DNA of 64,000 bases from positions 1,028,880 to 1,092,879 of the forward strand of contig JALVSY010000007.1 in NCBI GenBank assembly GCA_027036135.1. Direction: 5' to 3'. The stretch comes from Pyrodictiaceae archaeon. Lineage in GTDB: Archaea > Thermoproteota > Thermoprotei_A > Sulfolobales > Pyrodictiaceae. Made by a program: the position numbers and the translations under genes. The notes under the pieces are model-generated. The model was not told the origin of the DNA. It saw only the letters and a program-made list of their open reading frames with translations, and ran no database searches. This document shows positions 49,167 to 58,209 of this stretch, piece after piece (position 1 is the first letter of the stretch; every line of letters begins with the position of its first letter).

Positions 49167-49196
49167 GGTGTAGATGCCATCTACACCAAGCTATAA
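49167..49196 (+). promoter_or_regulatory. 21-bp palindromic operator abutting a TATA box (copy 1)
   Basis: GGTGTAGATG-C-CATCTACACC-aag-CTATAA upstream of the membrane-protein gene at 49238. Confidence 0.75.
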
Positions 49197-49237
49197 GCAA
49201 TAGCGCCTCCCCTTCTTAGCAGGGGGCCGGGTCTTCC

Positions 49238-49894
49238 TTGAAGCAACGGGATGCTTCTTTAATAGACTACTTGGTTGGAGACGAGGTATTGTTACTAAAA
49301 GGATTAACTACGATTTACTATTCCGGTCTCCTCGCCCTCGGCATTATATTCGGGCTTATCGTATCAGTAATCCTCCTTGCACCAAGCAACAATGTGCAAG
49401 GCGTAGCCTATGCTATATTCGTCGCAGCTGGGTTCATGGCCTTAGTTGATGCTGGGTTCTTTGTTGGCTTGCGGCGAGTAGATAATAGCTTCTTGAGCAG
49501 CTGTGGCTGCTTCGAGGCCGGAGTAGTGGTGCTTGCCAATGGTATCTTATCGCTCCTATACCTGGCGTACATAGTGTTTCACCGAGGAGAAATTGTGTCC
49601 CCTCTTGGCCAAACAAGCTCTATTATATTAGCGTTGCTCAACGGGCTTAGTCTTATAGCCCTAGGACTCACGCTTACCAAGATAAACGAAGTAGTTAATG
49701 AATCAGCGCTAAGTCTAGCTGGTACAGGGCTCGCTGTAAGCGGGTTACTGAGCCTAATACCAGTCTTATCCAGGTTAGCCTCTCTCCTCTATTTCCTATC
49801 ACTAATAGTGATGTGCTACGGGCTTAACAAGGCTATAACAAATCTAAGGATAAGGCTATGCCATAAGGAACCAGGTCTCTGCAAGTACGCCTAG
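49238..49894 (+). CDS. Multi-pass membrane protein
   Basis: About 6 hydrophobic helices. Confidence 0.7.
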   Translation: MKQRDASLIDYLVGDEVLLLKGLTTIYYSGLLALGIIFGLIVSVILLAPSNNVQGVAYAIFVAAGFMALVDAGFFVGLRRVDNSFLSSCGCFEAGVVVLANGILSLLYLAYIVFHRGEIVSPLGQTSSIILALLNGLSLIALGLTLTKINEVVNESALSLAGTGLAVSGLLSLIPVLSRLASLLYFLSLIVMCYGLNKAITNLRIRLCHKEPGLCKYA

Positions 49895-50772
49895 GTCTCT
49901 ATTCCGTACTCACACGTCTTGCACGGAGGCCTCTCGCTTGGCCCTGGCGGCTCCTCGGAGGCGAGTCGAGCCACTATGTTAGGTAGTATCTCGGTCTCAA
50001 ACCAATCAGCTAGGTCCTCTGGCGCGAAACGCTCGCGTAGAAAGGTACGGCCAGTGACATCCTTATAGACGAGGACTGCTTCCTCAACAGGCCATTTATC
50101 GACTAGTATCCATGCATAAGTGGCTAGCTGGGTCTTAGCAGCGAGATAGCCCCTTGAGTGCCTCTTGACGAGCCAGGGCTTGGAGGAGGTCTTTAGCTCA
50201 ATTACCCTAAGTCCTCCACGGCCATAGGATATGTCATCGGGGACCCCTATGACCATGAAGCTTTCTCCGCGAGGCCTACGAGCAATCATCGGCCAATCCT
50301 CACGCCTAAAGTACTCAACAATATCGCTGGCTTCTAGGTACCTTCTTAGCTGCTCCTCGTACTCCTCCGGCCTTATCAGGCCCTTGTCCAATACGCCTTT
50401 CTCTATAAGCTCTACGAGGGTTCCTACGCCTCCGCGTAACAAGGTCTCAGCTAGCCTAGGCCCTGTAACAGCCTCCCCGATGGCCTCGTCAAGGGAATCA
50501 CCGTGAATGAGCCTACCAGTGATTATGCGCTCCCGCCCCCTCTTCCACAGCTCACCGACCCACAGGTAGAGAAGCCCCTCAAGCTCCTCCTGGCTCAGAG
50601 AATCCAGAGAGAGCCACCCAGTGTTGAAGAGACTAGTGTTGTGCCAGGCCTTGAGCCTGCACCAGTGCCAGGCACCAATAGCACTAGCAGGCACTACTGG
50701 TGGAGCCTCCTGCCTAGCCCTAGCCCCTACTAGGAATAGCGCAGTCTTCTTGCAGAGGCGCTGGCTCAACAC
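49891..50772 (-). CDS. Solo Cas4-like PD-(D/E)xK nuclease
   Basis: ASAIG..WC, GVPDD, IELKT, QLATYA and CKTC motifs. Confidence 0.8.
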   Translation of the reverse strand: MLSQRLCKKTALFLVGARARQEAPPVVPASAIGAWHWCRLKAWHNTSLFNTGWLSLDSLSQEELEGLLYLWVGELWKRGRERIITGRLIHGDSLDEAIGEAVTGPRLAETLLRGGVGTLVELIEKGVLDKGLIRPEEYEEQLRRYLEASDIVEYFRREDWPMIARRPRGESFMVIGVPDDISYGRGGLRVIELKTSSKPWLVKRHSRGYLAAKTQLATYAWILVDKWPVEEAVLVYKDVTGRTFLRERFAPEDLADWFETEILPNIVARLASEEPPGPSERPPCKTCEYGIET

Positions 50773-50979
50773 TCTATCATCTCGCCTCAGTGCCCTACTC
50801 TATGCTCTTCAGCCTCTATGCCTCCCCCTTATCGGAGGATAGCTGGGTGACTAAAATAGCGGCTATGTCGATGGTTAGTCGTGTCTCGCTGGATTAGTGC
50901 TGGGATTATGCTGCTATTGCTTCGTGTAAAGGAGGAGCAAAACAATATGACTTGCTTATGCACAGAGAGGTTACGGCGT

Positions 50980-51432
50980 TTACTTTGTCTCCTTCCTTGT
51001 CTCAACGACTAGTACATCAACATTCTTGCTTATTGATATTACTTTGCTAGAGACGCTTCCAAGTATGAGTCTCTCAAGTCCGCCCCTACCACGCCTACCA
51101 ACTACTATTAGGTCGTAGTTGTTCTCCTCGGCGTAGCTTACTAGCTCCTCGGCAGGGTCGCCCATGAGTATAGCATAGTCGGCTTCTACACCGTTAGTCT
51201 CCTTTATCTCGGTGACTAGTTTCTCTAGCTCCTTCTTAGCTGGCTCCTCTAGGCTCTTTATATCAACAGTCTCGGGGACCATGAGCTCGCCTAGGAACAC
51301 TACTGGCGGGGGCAGCACGGTTGCAACTGTTACTTTTGCTCCAAGGCTCCTAGCTAGGCTAACCGCCTTCATAACCGCCTTCTTTGATGCCTCGCTCCCG
51401 TCGTACCCGACGAGTATCCGTGTATAGCTCAT
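50980..51432 (-). CDS. Universal stress protein
   Basis: ILVGYDGS, GDPAEE and VVGRRG...LGSVS motifs. Confidence 0.93.
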   Translation of the reverse strand: MSYTRILVGYDGSEASKKAVMKAVSLARSLGAKVTVATVLPPPVVFLGELMVPETVDIKSLEEPAKKELEKLVTEIKETNGVEADYAILMGDPAEELVSYAEENNYDLIVVGRRGRGGLERLILGSVSSKVISISKNVDVLVVETRKETK

Positions 51433-51485
51433 TACGGGTTACACCCACTTGGCGGGTACAATGCTAAGAGAAATATAATAATCCT

Positions 51486-52484
51486 GTGCCCCTCCGCAAT
51501 AATGGTATAAGGCTCTCCGCACACCATATATACGGGTTAGGGGAGGCCCGGGGCTCCTTGACCAGGAAGCATCAATGGCGCCGCGTACTACTCTGGGCAG
51601 CTATACTGACTCTGCTCTCCTCGCCGTTCCTAGCCACTTTCATCCCTCACCGAGAGGCTAGGAGTAAGGAGCTAAGCCCAAGCGAGCTAATGGCCAAGGC
51701 AGCTATCTATGCTAACAAGAGCCTAGTCGAGCTAAACAAAGCCCTGGTACTCGATAAGCCTGATGCCGAGAGCCTGGCCCTGGACTCTGTGGCCGCTAGG
51801 GACGTCTCGAGAGCATTAGCTGAGCGCGCAGCAAATACGCCGGACTCGGGGCTCGCCGGGTTCCTTAGGAAAGCGATGCTGGCCTATGCCGACTTAGCCA
51901 ACGCGTCCTCGTACACGATGCTAGCCACGCCCCGCCTCTATGAAGGCCTCATAGAGGTACAGAAAGCCCTAATAGCCCTCAAAGAGTGTAAGGTAGACAA
52001 GTACCTAGAGCTCTACGAGAAGGCACGGACCAAGCTACTGGAGGCAGACAAGCCCCTCCTAGAGGCACTAAGCCTCCTGGTATCGCTCAACGAGTCCTAC
52101 TTGCTCTCTCCGGTTCACGAGGAGATAGCAGAGAACCTCACAACAAGCGTCGCAGCCGCAGCGAAGACGATAGAGGAGCTAGAAAGGCTCTACAACATAG
52201 TCCAATCGTACCAGGACGCCATAGAGAAGCTCTGCCAAGGACAAAAGCCGAGCCCAAGCAGGCTACAGGGGCTAGCAAGCAGCATCTCGAAGCTTAACCC
52301 CGGGAACGCTGGCCCCCTCGGCTATGAGGAAGCCGAGGCACTAAGCCACATACTATCCCTAATGAAGGGCCAAGCTCAGTGTAACAAGCCGGGAACAAGC
52401 TCCGGGAGCGGGACAAGTAGTGCCGGGTCCAGAGGACGGGGAGGAAGCGGTGCTGGCTACGGAGAGCCTAGCAGCGATGACTAG
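51486..52484 (+). CDS. N-anchored alpha-helical protein with G/S-rich tail; start probably TTG 51558; first gene of the vWA operon
   Basis: N-terminal TM, helical body, tail GSGAGYGEPSSDD. Confidence 0.65.
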   Translation: MPLRNNGIRLSAHHIYGLGEARGSLTRKHQWRRVLLWAAILTLLSSPFLATFIPHREARSKELSPSELMAKAAIYANKSLVELNKALVLDKPDAESLALDSVAARDVSRALAERAANTPDSGLAGFLRKAMLAYADLANASSYTMLATPRLYEGLIEVQKALIALKECKVDKYLELYEKARTKLLEADKPLLEALSLLVSLNESYLLSPVHEEIAENLTTSVAAAAKTIEELERLYNIVQSYQDAIEKLCQGQKPSPSRLQGLASSISKLNPGNAGPLGYEEAEALSHILSLMKGQAQCNKPGTSSGSGTSSAGSRGRGGSGAGYGEPSSDD

Positions 52485-52500
52485 TAAGGAGCACTAATAG

Positions 52501-53448
52501 GTGCCAGCGATGACGTTGCAGAGTCTCAGCGTTCACGGGCTCGGGGTAAGCCTTGCCCACCCATATATGCTCCTTCTCTCACTCCTAGCATTGGTTCCTC
52601 TATTCCTCTGGAGGAGGGCGCGTAGAGTCTACCAGGTACTTGCTCAGAGCCTTGGCCCTAGGGGTAGGCCTCCACGCGTTCCCTTGTTCATGGTGCTCTC
52701 TATACTGCTGCTCTCCTTGGCAGCTAGTAGTCCCGTTATCCGCTACTATAAGGAGGTTAGGGTCGAGAACGCATCGCTTAGCACAGTGGAGAAGATCCCT
52801 ATTAGCCTTGTTGTGTGCCTAGATGTATCTAAGAGCATGAACTATAGGGATGGTGGCTTAAAGCGCATAGATATGGCCAAGGACTTCGTAGCGGGCCTAG
52901 CAAGGCACATAGGCCGTGCCAAGCTAGTTCTCCTAGTCTTCTCCAATACCACTAGGCTAGTATACGAGGGCGCACCCAGCAACGTTACTCAGATCCTGAG
53001 CAGTATAAAGGCTGGCGAACGATACTCAGCCATAGGCGATGCCGCGGCAGCCGCAGCCAGCTACGTGAAGGCATCAGGGATGCCTGGCGCAGTACTAGTC
53101 GTCACCGATGGTGGCTGGAACTACGGCGCTGACCCGGTAAGAGTCGCGGAGACGCTAAGGAGGGAGAAGATACCAGTGATATTCGTTATAGTCGGCAACG
53201 ATCCTCGGGGAGCAAGTCTTGCCGCGAAGCTGGAGAGCCATGGAGTAAGGGTTTACCAGCTAAACGAGCTAAGCTACCAGGCACTCAACAGCCTCGTAGA
53301 AGAAGCCGCGAGGAGTACAAGGCTAGAGACACTCCGCTTAGCAGGTATAACTAGTGTCTGGCTCCCTGTGGGCGAGAAGAGCATCTCGTGGCTCATAGGC
53401 CTAGCTACAGCACTCATCCTTGTCTTAAGACTAGTCGTGGAGACTTAG
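52501..53448 (+). CDS. Membrane-anchored vWA protein (BatA/BatB-like)
   Basis: HPYMLLL N-terminal TM pair; MIDAS DVSKS...TDG; C-terminal TM. Confidence 0.85.
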   Translation: MPAMTLQSLSVHGLGVSLAHPYMLLLSLLALVPLFLWRRARRVYQVLAQSLGPRGRPPRVPLFMVLSILLLSLAASSPVIRYYKEVRVENASLSTVEKIPISLVVCLDVSKSMNYRDGGLKRIDMAKDFVAGLARHIGRAKLVLLVFSNTTRLVYEGAPSNVTQILSSIKAGERYSAIGDAAAAAASYVKASGMPGAVLVVTDGGWNYGADPVRVAETLRREKIPVIFVIVGNDPRGASLAAKLESHGVRVYQLNELSYQALNSLVEEAARSTRLETLRLAGITSVWLPVGEKSISWLIGLATALILVLRLVVET

Positions 53449-53463
53449 AGAGGGCTACGAACC

Positions 53464-54444
53464 ATGAACGTGACTGGTATAAAGCTAGTGGAGTCCGTTG
53501 CTGGCATCGTGGCGCTGGCTCTGCTTGTCTCGGCTATACTACTAGCTAGGAGGCCGAGCAGGAGGTACTACGAGAGGAACAGATTCATTCATCCCTTAGC
53601 AAGGTTCGTTGAGGATAGGCCCTATACGCGTCGCCGCGGCATACTGGCCCTAGAACTCCTCATAGCCCTAGTCTTCTCGCTAGCAGTGGCTTCACCAACT
53701 ATTAGTTATACTGTGACTAAGATTGTTGAGAAACAAGCGGCGACCCAGCTAAGAGTACCGCCCAGGCCAGCCCTCGTCATAATAATAGATACCTCGGGGA
53801 GCATGAGTGGCTGGAAGATAGAGGCAGCGAAGCAAGCTATAGAGAGGCTCGTAGAGAAGATAGCTAGCCTTAACAAGACAGTGGACATTGGGCTCATATC
53901 GTTTAGCCATGTAGTCAAGCTCGCTATACCGTCAACCGACAACGTCTCAGAGATACTCCAGGCGATAAAGGAGCTTAGAGCAGGCGGCGGTACAATGTAC
54001 ACCTATCCCCTAATGACGGCGTATAGCTGGCTAAGCCTATACCGTCACTTCAACCAGACAGCAATAATAGTGTTCGCGAGCGATGGGCTACCAGCCGATA
54101 GGGAACAATACCGCGAAGTACTCAGGCGCCTAGCAGCAATAGGCGTAAAGATATACACAGTATTCATAGGCAAGAGCCCTGAGGGGAGAAGAGAGACAGA
54201 ATACATGGCAAAAATTGGTCACGGCAAGAGCTACACAGCAGCCGAAGCAACAGAGCTAATCAAGGTATTCGAGGAGATAGCAAATCAGGCCACAAAGGCA
54301 CTAATGAACGTCACGGTGTCAGCAAAGCTAACAATAAGGATAACAAAGGAGAAACAACTAAGCCCCTACCTTTACGCAGCCGCCGCGCTACTCCTAGCAA
54401 TCTACGCTATGCTGTGGCACCGCGAACTAGGACTAGCAGCATAG
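53464..54444 (+). CDS. Membrane-anchored vWA protein (BatA-like)
   Basis: Two N-terminal TMs; MIDAS DTSGS...GGT...SDG; C-terminal TM. Confidence 0.88.
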   Translation: MNVTGIKLVESVAGIVALALLVSAILLARRPSRRYYERNRFIHPLARFVEDRPYTRRRGILALELLIALVFSLAVASPTISYTVTKIVEKQAATQLRVPPRPALVIIIDTSGSMSGWKIEAAKQAIERLVEKIASLNKTVDIGLISFSHVVKLAIPSTDNVSEILQAIKELRAGGGTMYTYPLMTAYSWLSLYRHFNQTAIIVFASDGLPADREQYREVLRRLAAIGVKIYTVFIGKSPEGRRETEYMAKIGHGKSYTAAEATELIKVFEEIANQATKALMNVTVSAKLTIRITKEKQLSPYLYAAAALLLAIYAMLWHRELGLAA

Positions 54445-54451
54445 CTCAGTA

Positions 54452-55258
54452 TCACTGCTCCTTCCTTGAGAGCCCCAACGCCTCGGCAAGTCTCCTAAAC
54501 ACGCTCCATCTCCCACGGTAATACTCGGGATGGAGCCCGGCATCAACAGCGATAACCAGCAAACCAGCAACAATTATCGATAACGCCCTAGCGAATGAGA
54601 GTATAGTTATCCTTGGCTTCATAGCAGTCCTTATGGTTATCTCTAGGGAGCCTACCCCTCTTCCTAGCGGAGTACCGTATATGAGACTAGTTTGGAGTGC
54701 TTGTTGTAGAGCCTGTGTACCCGGTATGGTGTTGCCGTAGCTGATTACGTCAAAGGAGCTCGCTGGCAAATAATAAACAACTACTATTGTTACGCTATTA
54801 CCGCCCAGCTTGGTTACATCGATGCTCGCTCTCCAGGGCAGATTATGATAGACCAGTATACTGGTCTTTGACCTTGTCTGCGACATAAGTGAGAGCCTTA
54901 TCGCATAGTCTATCTCGCGGAAAGACTCTACCCTCGGCGGCGGTGGCTGAGGAGACCGGCATCCCGGAGCTATGTATACGTGTAGTCTTATTGCTGCGGG
55001 GTTCCTTATCTTAATCATCCATGGCGCTATAGTGTGGCTCACTAGTCTTACTGCTAGGTATGTTTGGTAAGCATCGCTGTAGGGCAGTGAGGTGCACATA
55101 GAGGCCGTGAGGTATATCCCGTCCCTGCTAATCGATAATTGGCCTCCCGTACTTATACTTGAGCTGAAGGGTGTACCGGTTATGCTCGGCACCGCGATGG
55201 CTGCGATCGAGGCTATTCCAGCAACTAGTAACACTACACCGAGTGTCCGTATGAGCAT
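54452..55258 (-). CDS. Membrane protein with an extracytoplasmic domain
   Basis: N- and C-terminal TMs; last gene of the ABC operon. Confidence 0.65.
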   Translation of the reverse strand: MLIRTLGVVLLVAGIASIAAIAVPSITGTPFSSSISTGGQLSISRDGIYLTASMCTSLPYSDAYQTYLAVRLVSHTIAPWMIKIRNPAAIRLHVYIAPGCRSPQPPPPRVESFREIDYAIRLSLMSQTRSKTSILVYHNLPWRASIDVTKLGGNSVTIVVVYYLPASSFDVISYGNTIPGTQALQQALQTSLIYGTPLGRGVGSLEITIRTAMKPRITILSFARALSIIVAGLLVIAVDAGLHPEYYRGRWSVFRRLAEALGLSRKEQ

Positions 55259-55261
55259 AGT

Positions 55262-56011
55262 TTACACCTCTATTCTCTCAGAGTACTTTAATAATAGGGC
55301 TACGAGTGCTGCAGAGCCCCCATAGGAATATAGTAGGCCGAAAACCCTGACCATGGAATCGTTCTCGAAAATTACTACAGCTGGATGAAATATAGATGTG
55401 AAGACTGTAAGTACCTCATCGCTTATGTGTAGCCCAAGTGTGCTTGAAAGTATGCCTAGGATCAGTAGGCCTAGTGCTGGGATTAGGAACATGAATGATA
55501 GCATGGCGAAAACTGCTCTACTCTTGTTTCTCAGCAATAGTGATAAGAATAGCGTTAGTAGTGCTATGTAGAGGAGCTCCCCGAGGGTATAGATTACTGG
55601 CTCGTATATGATTGGCTTTGTTACGAGTCTTGGTGATAGGACGAGGGCTGGGATGAGGATCGCAGCGATGTAGCTAACGCCCAGCAGGGCTGGGCCAGCT
55701 AGGAGCCATGCAGCCATGTACTCCCTCTTAGTAATTGGTTGCACTAGGTATATCATTGCCTGGCCAGTGCCTACCTCGTCCGCTATACCGGTTAACATTA
55801 GAGCCGCCATTAGGGTATAGATTACTCCGAGGAATACCTCGGTGCCCTTCGTAGCGTCTGGATCGAAGCCAGTAACGGGTAGGAAGACACCATTGAGCAC
55901 CGAGACTAGGATGACTAGGGTGATTAGTGCCTTCCCCAGCGTATTCATGACTATAAAGTCTGTCTGGGCTAGTATAGCATCCAGGCTAATTCGCTTCATC
56001 TCGGTGCTCAC
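55262..56011 (-). CDS. ABC-2 type exporter permease
   Basis: 6 TMs; DEVGTGQAMIYLVQPITK motif. Confidence 0.85.
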   Translation of the reverse strand: MSTEMKRISLDAILAQTDFIVMNTLGKALITLVILVSVLNGVFLPVTGFDPDATKGTEVFLGVIYTLMAALMLTGIADEVGTGQAMIYLVQPITKREYMAAWLLAGPALLGVSYIAAILIPALVLSPRLVTKPIIYEPVIYTLGELLYIALLTLFLSLLLRNKSRAVFAMLSFMFLIPALGLLILGILSSTLGLHISDEVLTVFTSIFHPAVVIFENDSMVRVFGLLYSYGGSAALVALLLKYSERIEV

Positions 56012-56988
56012 CCCGCGGTCTCAACAGCTCTCCTATAGAGTTGGTCTAGGTAGCTCGACTTAGCCTCGTAGCTTAGGACTAGGCCCTCCGAGACTAGCTC
56101 GTCGAGTACATGATGTACCTCAGTACTGGCTCTGGAATCAACGTGGACCTCGAGGGTGTTGTCGTCCTTTATTAGGACGCCTTTAACGTGCTCGAGGCCT
56201 ATGAGTTGTTGCGCAACACGTCTTGGTTCACGACTAGTCTTAACCTCGTATATTGTGACCGCGCCATACTTGGCTGAGAGTTCATCGAGTCTCCCGTAAT
56301 CAATGACTACGCCGCGGTGTATGAACACGGCGTAGTCTATTACTAGCTGTAGCTCTGGCAATATATGGCTGGATATGATTACTGTTGCTCCTAGGTCCCG
56401 CTTAAGAGTAGCTATTAGCTCGAGCATCTCCATCCTCGCGATTGGGTCGAGGTTAGCCGTTGGCTCATCGAGCAACAGTATCTCGGGCTGGCTTAGCAGG
56501 GTTTGTGCTAATCCGAGTCTCTGGAGATAACCCCTAGACATAGCCTTGATGGGCTTATCCAGGTACTTGTCTATCCCGACTAGCCGGGCTATGCGCCTAA
56601 CATCGCTCCAGGGAACTCTGCGCAACCGGGCCACGTGGCGGAGGAAATCCTCTACACGAACCGATAACGGGTAAACAGGTCTCTCGGGCAAGAAGCCCGT
56701 CAATGCTTTGACTTCTCTCTCCTCGCGCTCCGGGTCGAGCCCCTTCACCGATACCTCGCCGGAGTCGCGGCGAAGCAGGCCAACCATTAGCTTTAGGCTA
56801 GTAGTCTTGCCGCTACCATTAGGCCCCAGGAAGCCTGCGAGAGCGCCACTAGGGACTATGAAGCTAGCACCTTGGAGTGCTGTGACACGGCGCTTACCGC
56901 TACCATATGTTTTCACAACGTTGCGAAACTCTATCAACGAAGCTGTACCCCCGCGATAGGGAGACGCGGCAAGAGGATAGTGGAACAA
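56008..56988 (-). CDS. ABC exporter ATP-binding subunit; start probably TTG 56937
   Basis: GPNGSGKTT, MSRG, LLLDEP and SSH motifs. Confidence 0.93.
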   Translation of the reverse strand: MFHYPLAASPYRGGTASLIEFRNVVKTYGSGKRRVTALQGASFIVPSGALAGFLGPNGSGKTTSLKLMVGLLRRDSGEVSVKGLDPEREEREVKALTGFLPERPVYPLSVRVEDFLRHVARLRRVPWSDVRRIARLVGIDKYLDKPIKAMSRGYLQRLGLAQTLLSQPEILLLDEPTANLDPIARMEMLELIATLKRDLGATVIISSHILPELQLVIDYAVFIHRGVVIDYGRLDELSAKYGAVTIYEVKTSREPRRVAQQLIGLEHVKGVLIKDDNTLEVHVDSRASTEVHHVLDELVSEGLVLSYEAKSSYLDQLYRRAVETAG

Positions 56989-57028
56989 ACCATGGTTTTC
57001 ATGGAATGTATAGTCTCTGTCTAACTAT

Positions 57029-57058
57029 TTATAGCTTGGTGTAGATGCCAGCTACACC
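57029..57058 (-). promoter_or_regulatory. 21-bp palindromic operator abutting a TATA box (copy 2)
   Basis: Minus strand: GGTGTAGCTG-G-CATCTACACC-aag-CTATAA upstream of the ABC operon. Confidence 0.75.
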
Positions 57059-57070
57059 GGGAAATTAATT

Positions 57071-57111
57071 AGGTTACGGGGGGTGTAACCTGGTTATAGG
57101 GGGTGTAACCT
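57071..57111 (+). promoter_or_regulatory. Tandem 20-bp repeats, each an inverted repeat; the second copy covers the RBS
   Basis: ggttacggggggtgtaacct (57072-57091) and ggttatagggggtgtaacct (57092-57111). Confidence 0.7.
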
Positions 57112-58207
57112 GCTATTCAGGCTCGGAGTCAAAGAGGATCCAAGAGACTTCTACAACTACGAGGAGGAGCTTCAGACACTGCTAAGAGGCCTAGGCGATG
57201 AGCTCGCACGGCTCATTGTCGTAAAGGGTGTTAGGAGGATAGGGAAATCATCCCTAATACGCGTGGGTCTCAGCCTCCACGAGAACGGGTTGCACCTTGT
57301 GCTAGATGCACGCTCCATACCAGTACTCAGTACCGACACGGTCTACGACTTGTTGGCTAGGAGCCTAACCAGCTTAGTGACGAGAACCAGTCTCAGAGCA
57401 GTAATCTCGTCCGTGCTATCTAAAGTAGAGGGCATAAGCATTAATGGAGTACAAATAGGTATTAGGAGGCGCCGCCCCGACGTACTGGTAGAGATTGCAG
57501 AGGCCCTAGGAGAAGTAGCTGAGAGGACTGGTAAGAAACTAATCCTTGTGTTCGACGAGGCACAAGATTTCAGAATAGTGCCCGGGTTTACGCGGATGCT
57601 CGCACACATATACGACTACATCGATAACGCCAAGATAGTCCTAGCTGGCTCCGAGGTAGGCCTCCTAGACAAGCTACTCGGGAAGAACGATCCCTCGGCA
57701 CCCCTCTATGGCAGAGCATTCCTCGAGATAGAGATGAGGAGACTAAGCAGAGAAGCATCAATAGATTTCCTCACAAGGGGATTCGAGGAGCTAGGCATGA
57801 AGTGGCCCCAGCAATACATAGAGGAGGCAGTGGACTCCCTCGACGGCATACCTGGCTGGTTAACGAGCTACGGATACTACAGCTACGTCTACAGGAACCA
57901 TAGAAGGGCCCTCGAGAAGACTCTTGAGGAGGGAGCAAGTATTGTTAGGAGCGAGATAGAGCGCTTCCTAGCAAACCGGGCTGCTGCTCGTATACGCTAC
58001 CTATCCCTACTGAGATGCCTATCGCTACGAGACATGAGGTGGACCGAGCTAAAAAGGTGCCTCGAGACAAGTATCAGCAAGCAGCTAAACAAGTCACAGT
58101 TCAACCGCTATGTAAGAGAGCTACGGGACTACGGCTTCGTGGAGAAGAGAGACGAGTACTATACGCTAGCAGACCCCTTGATAAGGCATGCTGTGACGCG
58201 GTACTAG
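57110..58207 (+). CDS. Archaeal P-loop ATPase with C-terminal winged helix; CTG start
   Basis: Walker A GVRRIGKSS lies upstream of the ORF-track start; Walker B VFDEAQ; PLYGR motif; in-frame TAA at 57086. Confidence 0.85.
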   Translation: MLFRLGVKEDPRDFYNYEEELQTLLRGLGDELARLIVVKGVRRIGKSSLIRVGLSLHENGLHLVLDARSIPVLSTDTVYDLLARSLTSLVTRTSLRAVISSVLSKVEGISINGVQIGIRRRRPDVLVEIAEALGEVAERTGKKLILVFDEAQDFRIVPGFTRMLAHIYDYIDNAKIVLAGSEVGLLDKLLGKNDPSAPLYGRAFLEIEMRRLSREASIDFLTRGFEELGMKWPQQYIEEAVDSLDGIPGWLTSYGYYSYVYRNHRRALEKTLEEGASIVRSEIERFLANRAAARIRYLSLLRCLSLRDMRWTELKRCLETSISKQLNKSQFNRYVRELRDYGFVEKRDEYYTLADPLIRHAVTRY

Positions 58208-58209
58208 AT

